From NCBI GenBank assembly GCA_964518475.1, contig CAZFGR010000016.1, positions 1 through 33,908 of the forward strand: a stretch of DNA of 33,908 nucleotides. Reading direction: 5' to 3'. The notes under the pieces were generated by a model that worked only from the letters and a program-made list of their open reading frames with translations, did not search any database and was not told the DNA's origin. Positions 26,122-33,908 of the stretch are shown in pieces. Each line of letters opens with the position of its first letter. Positions within the stretch are counted from its first letter, which is position 1. The DNA is from an uncultured Nitrososphaerota archaeon (GTDB lineage: Archaea > Asgardarchaeota > Njordarchaeia > Njordarchaeales > Njordarchaeaceae). The position numbers and the translations under genes were made by a program.

Positions 26122-26283
26122 TTAAATCACCATGAGATAAATAATTATACCACTTGTTAATGAAATAGGCTATCAAAATAAAACCCTTAAAAACTTAACC
26201 TTTTTGAGCCCTTATTTGCGTCCACATTCATCTAGCTAATCTTCACTAAATATCATGATATCCCTCATTCATTAAGAAAAAGA

Positions 26284-26898
26284 ATGATAATATGCGTGAT
26301 GATTATGCTTATTGGTATCGCTATTACAGGAATGCCGGGAGCTGGTAAAAGTACATTAGCTAATGCTGCAAAAAAGTTAGGAATTCCCGTAGTGTCCATG
26401 GGTGAAATTATCTTTCAAGAAACAAAGAAAAGAGGCTTATCGCTCACTCCAGAGAATGTAGGTAAGGTTGCTACGGAATTGAGAAAAACATTTGGCGATG
26501 ATATTGTAGCAAAGCTTACAATTGAACACATACGAGAAAAAATATTGCCACAATCTCCTTCATCAGAGAAAATATTTATTGCTATCGACGGTGTGAGAAG
26601 TCTGGCAGAAATTAATACGTTTAAAAAGTTCTTCGATAGACTCATTGTCATAGCTGTGCATGCACCTCCAGAAATTAGATATAAGCGTCTTCTAAATCGA
26701 AAAAGATTAGATGATCCCTCAGAAGTAGAAAAATTAATAAAACGCGATCTGCGAGAGCTCTCTTTTGGCCTAGGGGATGTTATTGCATTGGCTGATGAAA
26801 TATTGATTAATAAGGATAAGAGTTACAATGAGTTTTTTAATGAATGTATTGAATTTCTAAAACGCTTATTAAAGGAGGAAAACGCAAATTGCCGATAA
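26284..26898 (+). CDS. UPF0200 P-loop kinase (dephospho-CoA kinase-like, COG0237)
   Basis: ITGMPGAGKS, SMG, IDGVRS..E, R..RL..R.R.DD, RD.REL.FG. Likely start about 26305. Confidence 0.88.
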   Translation: MIICVMIMLIGIAITGMPGAGKSTLANAAKKLGIPVVSMGEIIFQETKKRGLSLTPENVGKVATELRKTFGDDIVAKLTIEHIREKILPQSPSSEKIFIAIDGVRSLAEINTFKKFFDRLIVIAVHAPPEIRYKRLLNRKRLDDPSEVEKLIKRDLRELSFGLGDVIALADEILINKDKSYNEFFNECIEFLKRLLKEENANCR

Positions 26899-27317
26899 AA
26901 GTACGATTACAATGTACAGTAAACCCTACAGAGAATGAGGAAAAAGTTCTTCGAGCTTTAAAGAATATTTCCGACTTTGAAGAAAATGTAAACATGAAGA
27001 GAAAATCTCGGGAGTATTTTGTAGACATAGTGATAGAGGGTGACTTAAGCATCCTGAGAAAACTTCGTAATAAGATAAAAGGCAGATCAAGAGACTTAGC
27101 GCGTATGTTACTTTTTAAAAATCGTGTGGGGAAAAGGACGTACCTTCTGATTAACAAACAAGTCGCTTATGTGGGAAAAATAAGTTTCTGTGAAACGAGA
27201 AACGAGAGCCCATTAGGCCCCATAGTGATTGAGATCATAGGCGATAGCGAGGATGAAATCGACAGTATGGTTGCTTGGATAGTACAAGAAAATAAAGAAT
27301 TTGAAATTGAAATATGA
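26889..27317 (+). CDS. UPF0201 / DUF54 putative RNA-binding protein
   Basis: VNPTENEEKV..AL.NI, NKQVAYVG.ISF, ESPLGPI. Confidence 0.9.
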   Translation: MPIKVRLQCTVNPTENEEKVLRALKNISDFEENVNMKRKSREYFVDIVIEGDLSILRKLRNKIKGRSRDLARMLLFKNRVGKRTYLLINKQVAYVGKISFCETRNESPLGPIVIEIIGDSEDEIDSMVAWIVQENKEFEIEI

Positions 27318-27384
27318 TCTAGTATCAAACTATTAAGAATCTTTAAAAAATTATGCTCGCTTTGAGCCGAGAAATAGACTACTT

Positions 27385-27714
27385 CTAGAGCCTATGAGCT
27401 GGGATTTTTACCTCTTCTTTCATGAGACTCTCTAGTCCCCTCTCCTTTATAGCTTTAAGAACTTCTTCGTCACTAGCTCCTCTCGGAATATCTAGTTTTA
27501 CTGCGAGAGGCATTATATGATCAACATTCATTCGCCGTCTTTTTACACCATTCAGCTCTTTAGGTCCTGTAATCATTACAAAGTTTTCATCAATTATATC
27601 AACAACAACTGCCTTCTTACCAGCCCTTCTGCCTCGGAGAATCACTATTACTCTACCAATGTCTATTAACCTACTCATTTTGTTCTCCTCCCTCAAGCAA
27701 CGCTTTACATACAC
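27385..27714 (-). CDS. rpl14e: 50S ribosomal protein L14e
   Basis: IGRV...[24 protein letters not shown]....GVKRRR.N. Likely start 27678. Confidence 0.95.
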   Translation of the reverse strand: MYVKRCLREENKMSRLIDIGRVIVILRGRRAGKKAVVVDIIDENFVMITGPKELNGVKRRRMNVDHIMPLAVKLDIPRGASDEEVLKAIKERGLESLMKEEVKIPAHRL

Positions 27715-28231
27715 TTACGGCAACTTTTATACTTTCTTCTTTAGTTAGCTTTGAGGTATTTATCACGACATGAAAATCATTTAAATTCCAAAGATCAACT
27801 CCATAAAGCCGTTTAAATCTTTCTTTTTCGATACGATCCCTAATTTCGACATCTTCTTTAGCTTTTTCATATGATACTCCTTCACGCTGCATAATTCTTC
27901 GAATCCTATCCTCCTTATTAGCTATTACTAATATCGAAATAGGATTGAGTTCTCTAACCATCCAGTACGCTAGTTGAGAGTCCAGAACAACATTTCCTTT
28001 CCGTGCTTCTTTCTTCATCTCTTCGTCAATCTCGATATCTATCTCAGGATGTTCTGCTACGTATTTCGAGAATTCTATAATATCAAGTCCGAGCTCCTTA
28101 GCTTTTTTCCGAAAAATTTCTCCAGCAGAAACATATCTTAAATTAAGTTCTTTGGCAATAGCTTTTGCAATTGTCGATTTTCCAGAGCCATGAGGCCCAC
28201 TAATAGCTATGATTATCAAGTTCGTCACCAC
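27671..28231 (-). CDS. cmk: Cytidylate kinase (archaeal type)
   Basis: [28 protein letters not shown]...YG; lies between L34e and L14e. Confidence 0.93.
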   Translation of the reverse strand: MVTNLIIIAISGPHGSGKSTIAKAIAKELNLRYVSAGEIFRKKAKELGLDIIEFSKYVAEHPEIDIEIDEEMKKEARKGNVVLDSQLAYWMVRELNPISILVIANKEDRIRRIMQREGVSYEKAKEDVEIRDRIEKERFKRLYGVDLWNLNDFHVVINTSKLTKEESIKVAVSVCKALLEGGEQNE

Positions 28232-28383
28232 ATCTTTTTGCTTATAACTTGTCCATTAAAGTAGTAAAGCTTGCCTTTGTAGTAAACAAAAGATAGAAGT
28301 AAGTATATTATTACTCTAGCTTTGCTGAATATTAAATCATTAAGAGACTAAGTCCCTCTAAAATATCTCCAATATTTTATCCC

Positions 28384-28668
28384 TTACATAGATTTGCCAA
28401 TGTTTGGAGCATACTTACGGATTACTTCTAGAGTTAGTTCTCGTCTTAAGCACTCAGCACATAGGTAGCCGCCATACGGTCTTTCTGGTCTTCTGCTTGA
28501 TTTTGGATATTTTTCTGGTTCTCTCGGGACTCCAGCTAATGGTCTTCCACAAATTGCACATTTATACCAGCTCTTATGTCTTTTTTCGTAATGAATAACG
28601 AGTCTACCCCCAGGCGTTCTCACGAACACTTTTCTGAGAGATCTAGTTCTGTAACGTGGTCTAGGCAT
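28384..28668 (-). CDS. rpl34e: 50S ribosomal protein L34e
   Basis: MPRPRYR.RS, RTPGG, CAICG..L.GV, RPERPYGG.LC..C. Confidence 0.96.
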   Translation of the reverse strand: MPRPRYRTRSLRKVFVRTPGGRLVIHYEKRHKSWYKCAICGRPLAGVPREPEKYPKSSRRPERPYGGYLCAECLRRELTLEVIRKYAPNIGKSM

Positions 28669-28756
28669 TATCGAGTACCCCCTATCGATATTTCATGTTT
28701 TATCTCATAAGGTCTTGCCACTTGATTAAAAAATATTACTCTCATACATACTTTTC

Positions 28757-29278
28757 TTAAAATGGTCTTCGACCTAGAAGTTTTAATATTGCATTAATCA
28801 GAGCAGATACCGCTAGATAACTTATAAAGTACCACCAAAAAGCATTCATTAACGTGTAATGATCACTCGAAGGACCAAACCAGTTTACTGGAATTCTGAA
28901 TGGCATTTGAATAACGGGATTTCTACCATACGCAGTCATGATGATATTAAAGACTATTATGAAAAGCAGGAAGGATATTAATAGTGGCTTAAATTGTTCA
29001 GATGAAAGTTCCATTTGAAGTTTCATGATATATTCTTTCTCCTTATTCACTTCGCTTAAGAGACGAGGATTCCCCGTTTTCATTGCGCGTTTGTACTTAG
29101 CTCGCCACTTCTTAATCCTCTCATTGTATATCCTTACCTTATGAAAGTCTATAACCAATTGCTGTATAAGAGCATAAATCACTGCTAAAAAGATGGATAC
29201 TATCATAATAAATAGCCCCGCGTATGGAGGCGTTCCAAAATTTGCCCTTATCCACTCGATAATTCCTCCAAAAACCAT
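28757..29278 (-). CDS. DUF106 / EMC3-TMCO1-Get1 (Oxa1 superfamily) membrane insertase
   Basis: TM1, cytosolic coiled coil, FKP motif before TM2, PF, WWYF in TM3; canonical position upstream of L34e. Confidence 0.85.
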   Translation of the reverse strand: MVFGGIIEWIRANFGTPPYAGLFIMIVSIFLAVIYALIQQLVIDFHKVRIYNERIKKWRAKYKRAMKTGNPRLLSEVNKEKEYIMKLQMELSSEQFKPLLISFLLFIIVFNIIMTAYGRNPVIQMPFRIPVNWFGPSSDHYTLMNAFWWYFISYLAVSALINAILKLLGRRPF

Positions 29279-29322
29279 TGTTGATCCCCACTATCTCAAT
29301 CGTGGCTAGCCAAGATAAATAA

Positions 29323-31269
29323 TTAATCATGACACCATCTTCTCTTTTTCAGTCTCCTAAAATATTCAATACCCGTATCTTTTAGTCCTCGGATCACGTG
29401 CTCAATAAACAAATGTATGTTTTTCTTAAAGCGATCGTATATTTTAACAAAGTTTGCTATTGCTTTTTCAACAACTTCCCTTTTACTCATTTTACCCTCT
29501 TCAACAGATTTAAAATAAGCTTCTATTTTAGACCTAATCTTTGGATCTATCACTTCTGGCACTAATTCTTCCAGAGCCCGAGCTATAGCTATTCCGTAAG
29601 GTGTCGGGATCAACTTACCTCCACGTCTTATTACGTAACCCCTCTCAATATTCTTGTGAATATGCTCTGCAAATGTAGCGTCTGTTCCTATACCAAGTTT
29701 CTCCATTAACTTGATCAATTCGCTCTCTGAAATAGGTTGAATTATTTTCATTTTCTTCTCTTCGACTTCAAAGCGATCTACTATAACATCCTTCCCTTCA
29801 CTCTTTAACATATTTTCTAGACTTTCCTTACTAATGTTCCTCGTTTCTTTCAAAATATCCGCGTATTTGTATATTCTGAGAAAACCTAGCTCTTTCATCA
29901 TCCTTATCTTGGATGTGTATTGATTACCATCTTGATCTTCTCCCTTGAACCGAATCTCTTCTATAAACGCGTCTGATGAGAAGTTCGCTGCGAAATGTCT
30001 ACATATGAGCTCATATAACTTAGCAGCATCTTTTCCGAGTCTCCTCTCAACAGTTTCTATCGCAACAAACCTTTTTGGGTGAATTGGTGGATGAGCATGA
30101 TCATTTTTTCTCCCTTGTTTAGGAGATTGCGGTTTATGGCTCTCTGAGATAAATCTCTTTCTTTTCATTTCATCAAGAACTTTCCAGACCTCTCTTAACA
30201 CTTCTTTAGTATAGACCTCGGTTTCTGTCCGTGGATAAGAGATCAAACCTTCAAGATACAGCTTCTCAGCAAGGTTAAGGGTTTTACGCGCACTTAGTCC
30301 CAGATATTTTGAAGCTAGAGCTGCTAATCTATTTGTGTTGAGAGGTAGGGGCCGGGGAACCTTAATTATTTTCCTTTCTACATCGATTATTTTGATCCTT
30401 TTAGTATTGTTTCTCAACGATTCAAGGTACTTGCGTGCATCATCAATGCTTCGAAACGTTCTTGATAGTTCAAACCTTAATGCTTGTGAGTTGATCCTAC
30501 ACAAGGCGTATATCTTGAAGATCTTATTCTTTTCAGCCTCTTTCTTTGATTCTAAGTGTTCAAGATATCTCCTAACGATTAAACCTAGTGTCGGAGTTTG
30601 ACAGGGACCAATAGATAATAAGGGCAGTTTTACTCCTCTAACTCTCTCATGTAACTTTAATGTAGCTAATCTAGTAAAAGCTACTCCATATCTTAGATCT
30701 AGTTCTTGCCTTGTCTCCGATGCATCGATTTTATTTCTGTCCAATCCGGTAAGATTTTTCTCCTCGAATGCCCTTCTGATCTCTTCTCTTGTTAGCGAAC
30801 TAAATCTCGCTCTTTTAATGATTATCCTAGGATTTACTTTCTTAGCAATTAACTCCGCCACTTGCATTCCTATATTTTCTCCTTCTCTGTCAAAATCTGT
30901 TGCGATGATTAAAATGTCTGCTTTTCTACATTCTCTCTTTAAGATTCCTATAATGTGGCGAGACTCCAGCCTAACTATCTTAACGAGTGGAGCTTTCGTT
31001 AGAAGATACTTAGGATCTACATCGCGCCACTTTTTTTCGTGGATTTTTCTAGAAAATTCTGTCGTGAATATGTGTCCCTTAACACTTGTGATTCTGTATA
31101 TTTTCGAGTTCGTTTTTACCTCCAGTACCGGTACGGGTGATTTTGTAATTTTTTTCACCTGCTTGTTGTTCCTTGCCAAAGCACGTGCTATTTGTTCCGC
31201 AGCTCTGGGTTTTTCAGCCACTACAAGTATCTTTTTCATACCGCTATCACTCATACACGAGTTAGTCAA
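29323..31269 (-). CDS. topA: Type IA DNA topoisomerase, eukaryotic TOP3-like
   Basis: VAEKP, GH, ATDFDREGENIG (TOPRIM), ISYPRTET catalytic Tyr, GIGTDAT; no C-terminal Zn ribbons. Likely start 31239. Confidence 0.93.
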   Translation of the reverse strand: MTNSCMSDSGMKKILVVAEKPRAAEQIARALARNNKQVKKITKSPVPVLEVKTNSKIYRITSVKGHIFTTEFSRKIHEKKWRDVDPKYLLTKAPLVKIVRLESRHIIGILKRECRKADILIIATDFDREGENIGMQVAELIAKKVNPRIIIKRARFSSLTREEIRRAFEEKNLTGLDRNKIDASETRQELDLRYGVAFTRLATLKLHERVRGVKLPLLSIGPCQTPTLGLIVRRYLEHLESKKEAEKNKIFKIYALCRINSQALRFELSRTFRSIDDARKYLESLRNNTKRIKIIDVERKIIKVPRPLPLNTNRLAALASKYLGLSARKTLNLAEKLYLEGLISYPRTETEVYTKEVLREVWKVLDEMKRKRFISESHKPQSPKQGRKNDHAHPPIHPKRFVAIETVERRLGKDAAKLYELICRHFAANFSSDAFIEEIRFKGEDQDGNQYTSKIRMMKELGFLRIYKYADILKETRNISKESLENMLKSEGKDVIVDRFEVEEKKMKIIQPISESELIKLMEKLGIGTDATFAEHIHKNIERGYVIRRGGKLIPTPYGIAIARALEELVPEVIDPKIRSKIEAYFKSVEEGKMSKREVVEKAIANFVKIYDRFKKNIHLFIEHVIRGLKDTGIEYFRRLKKRRWCHD

Positions 31270-31388
31270 AATTCCGACTCAACTGACATAGTAAGTAATA
31301 TCTAGTGTGTAATAGAGTAAAAGAGAAGTCAGGTGAAGCGAATATAAAATTGTGGTTTCTTCGTTATTGTTTTTCAATTGATAAGAAG

Positions 31389-32642
31389 CTAATTCTTAAT
31401 GAGCCTAGCTATGAAAAATCCGCTTACATCCTTATCAGGGAAGAATCTAGCCACTTTATTCCAAAAAGGAAACGTGGAATAACCTCTCTCAGCTCTAGGC
31501 AGGTTTAGTGTATCAAGCTCTATTTCATTGAATTGTTCGAGAACCCACTGTATAACTTCTTCTCCCTCATTTGGCATTAGGGAGCATGTTGAGTATACAA
31601 TAAATCCTCCTTTCTTTATTGTTTTCAAAACTCCCTGCAAAATCTTTTTCTGAAGAGTTGAGTACGTCTGAACGTCCCTCTTTTTAATCCTCCACTTAAG
31701 ATCTGGCTGTTCTCTAAAAATTCCCGAATCACTACAAGGTGCATCTACTAGTATTTTTGTGAAAATATTCTCCTTAAAAGGTGGTTTCGTTGAATCAGCA
31801 ATTATCACTTCAAACGCGTTCCCTAACTTCTTCTTAATACTATTTAGCATTCGTGCCCTTCTAGCATCTATCTCAACAGCTAGTAATAGGGCCTTGTTTT
31901 TCACGATAGATGCTATATGGGAAACTTTTATTCCTGGTGCTGCACAGGCATCTAGTATTACATCCTCCCCTGTGGGGTTCAGTGAGTATACTACAGCAGC
32001 ACTGGAAAAATTTTGGACAATAAACAATCCATTTTCATAATCCTTAGAACTCAACATCTCCTTAAGATACGATGTCTTTGCCTCGAAAATATCCGGAAAT
32101 TCTGTCTTCCCAAGCATCGGCCAGCGGGATCTAAATTCGTCAGGGGATATTCTTAATGTATTTACTCTCACAAATTTTTTCTTAATAGGCACGTTATTAG
32201 CTTCTAGAATCTTAATAACTCTCTCCTTACTCATGACTTTCATTAACTCTTTGATAAACCATGTTGGATGATAATACTTAAGTGCTAAGTATTCGTGCTC
32301 ATCTTGGACCTCTTCCAGTGGATCATAGTCTATTGCCTTATGGTAAATACTCACTAACTCCGCTGGTAACTTCGGAGGCTTTAATCCCAAAAACTTCCGC
32401 ATCACAATAGCTAAGCGTAAAGTATTCCTATACCCACCCCTTATTTTGCGTGAAAACTTTTCTATACAAGCATCAACGTAATTCAGCCTCTTAATGGTCT
32501 CAAGAACCATTTTATATACTAAATCAAAATCTACCCCCCTCCGATGTCTCCCAAACAAAGCATCTCTTAGAGGTTGATGTTTCAGGAAAACAGCGTTCAA
32601 AATCTTAATAGCGGATCTAAACTCCCTCTCAAACTTTACCAA
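31389..32642 (-). CDS. RsmB/NOP2/NSUN family RNA m5C methyltransferase
   Basis: RVNTL, LDACAAPGIK, LVDAPCSDSG, YSTCS, GFFIA.L; helical N-domain. Confidence 0.92.
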   Translation of the reverse strand: MVKFEREFRSAIKILNAVFLKHQPLRDALFGRHRRGVDFDLVYKMVLETIKRLNYVDACIEKFSRKIRGGYRNTLRLAIVMRKFLGLKPPKLPAELVSIYHKAIDYDPLEEVQDEHEYLALKYYHPTWFIKELMKVMSKERVIKILEANNVPIKKKFVRVNTLRISPDEFRSRWPMLGKTEFPDIFEAKTSYLKEMLSSKDYENGLFIVQNFSSAAVVYSLNPTGEDVILDACAAPGIKVSHIASIVKNKALLLAVEIDARRARMLNSIKKKLGNAFEVIIADSTKPPFKENIFTKILVDAPCSDSGIFREQPDLKWRIKKRDVQTYSTLQKKILQGVLKTIKKGGFIVYSTCSLMPNEGEEVIQWVLEQFNEIELDTLNLPRAERGYSTFPFWNKVARFFPDKDVSGFFIARLIKN

Positions 32643-32646
32643 CTTT

Positions 32647-33717
32647 TTAACCCCTAAAAAATCTCTTAAGACTACTATCCCCCCGATCTCTCATTCTAAG
32701 CTTATTAAAAACTAACTCCCTAGGAATCCTAGGAATTGGATATGAGGGAATACCCAGCTCCCTTCTTAAATAATTAGCAAAGAAATCATTGAAACCAAAA
32801 ACCGTCAAAACGCCATCTGGATCTACCCTTTCAACAAATTCTACTAGACTCAAAAAGCTAGAATGAGCCGATAAAGGAAAAGCCACCGCGTTACCGAATT
32901 TCCTAGAAACAGCCCAGCCCGTAAAAATAAATTTCTTAGCCCTGGGAGCTGGGGGAGAGAATATATTTCTTACAAACACATCAGCAGATCCTCCAATGCT
33001 ATAATTCCCCAAAGCCATACCAATAGATTCCTCAAACACCCTGTTGTAAATCCCCACAGACCTCTCGACACTTATAGTACCCCCAACAAACTCCCAAGCC
33101 AGCCGAGTAAGCTCCTGCCCCTTACCTAAAGCATATCCATGAAGAGAAAGCAAAAAACCTTCTTCAGCAGCCTCCCGCAACCTCTCTCTTATTAACCTAT
33201 ACAAAATCCTACGCGGCGGAAAACTATACTTAGGCATTCCATAAGTCGAATCCACTACCAAAATATCACAATCCAATAAATCAGCCCGCCTCATAACCAC
33301 GGAATCCTCATAATTAAAATCACCCGTATAACCAAACCTAACACTACCAAAATCAATCTCAAACATCAAAGACCCCACGGCATGCCCTGCATGCTTAGCC
33401 GAAACCTCAACTCCACAAATATCCAAAACATCACCAGGAGAAACCAGAAGTACATCAGAGGATCTAAACCTATAACCGTCAAGCCTTAACAAACGATAAG
33501 TCTCCCTAGACATTACAACAGGAACGCCTGGCCTATACAAATCTGACAAACCAGAAACATGATCAGAATGAGCATGAGAAACCAAAATAACATCAGGAAA
33601 AACCTCAACACCTGACCCACTAGGATCAGCAACAACATTCAAACCATTAACAGAGAAAACAATCCCATTCGAAGACAAAAAAACCCTCCAGCCACCAACC
33701 ACGGAAAACACCAACAA
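32647..33717 (-). CDS. MBL-fold beta-CASP nuclease (short, SNM1/aCPSF2-like)
   Basis: SHAHSDH, AGHAVGS, YTGD, DSTYG.P.Y.FP, YALGKGQE, TGWA, LSAH. Confidence 0.9.
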   Translation of the reverse strand: MLVFSVVGGWRVFLSSNGIVFSVNGLNVVADPSGSGVEVFPDVILVSHAHSDHVSGLSDLYRPGVPVVMSRETYRLLRLDGYRFRSSDVLLVSPGDVLDICGVEVSAKHAGHAVGSLMFEIDFGSVRFGYTGDFNYEDSVVMRRADLLDCDILVVDSTYGMPKYSFPPRRILYRLIRERLREAAEEGFLLSLHGYALGKGQELTRLAWEFVGGTISVERSVGIYNRVFEESIGMALGNYSIGGSADVFVRNIFSPPAPRAKKFIFTGWAVSRKFGNAVAFPLSAHSSFLSLVEFVERVDPDGVLTVFGFNDFFANYLRRELGIPSYPIPRIPRELVFNKLRMRDRGDSSLKRFFRG

Positions 33718-33781
33718 ACAACCAGAGAAAGAAGAAATATTATTACAGAGAAATAAAAAACATACCCCACAAACCCAGTAG

Positions 33782-33853
33782 TGGGGCCGGGCGGAATCGA
33801 ACCGCCGTCCTCCCGGTTGTCAGCCGGGCGTCCTACCACTAGACCACGGCCCC
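33782..33853 (-). tRNA. tRNA-Val(GAC), CCA not encoded
   Basis: GGGGCCG/CGGCCCC-A, CCCGG-CT-GAC-AA-CCGGG, TTCGATT T loop; TATA-like TTTATAAA at 33893-33900. Confidence 0.88.
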
Positions 33854-33908
33854 AACCAGAGTTCCAGTAAGTTATGCTCATACCATAGTCACTTTATAAA
33901 AGTTTACC

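Noticed and set aside
33639-33881. 80-aa ORF
   Set aside because: Overlaps tRNA-Val and the start of the nuclease gene
1-33908. CRISPR array or tandem repeat array
   Set aside because: No regularly spaced repeats seen; the recurring GCGGGTTCGAATCCCGC strings are tRNA T arms

Overview
Archaeal chromosomal window (no CRISPR, integrase or transposase seen), dominated by translation, RNA-modification and DNA-repair housekeeping genes: elp3, nep1, AMMECR1, histone, thpR, srp19, carS, GPN GTPase, aCPSF1/fttA, gatD, hflX, proS, hel308, radA, S30e, L14e, cmk, L34e, DUF106, type IA topoisomerase, NSUN-type MTase and a beta-CASP nuclease. It also carries 8 GC-rich tRNA genes, four with introns (one at the non-canonical 30/31 site), and the probable 5' end of a stable RNA at the left edge. 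GC-rich tRNAs in an AT-rich background suggest a thermophile. Several proteins look eukaryote-like (Rad51-type Walker A, TOP3-type topoisomerase, candidate CCDC47 and OST5/TMEM258 homologues), which suggests an Asgard-related lineage (inference). Most notable: (i) a three-gene locus between tRNAs encoding an apparent Flp/type IV prepilin fused to a VirB2/TrbC-like pilin hairpin, plus two highly diverged TadB/TadC-like proteins; (ii) a CCDC47/PAT-complex-like membrane protein; (iii) hflX with its G5 motif in the -1 frame behind a GGGAAAAAAA slippery run; (iv) tRNA oddities (Ser with A73, His/Thr pair with identical bodies, Tyr intron antisense to its own exon). All family calls are by-eye motif recognition; no searches were run.
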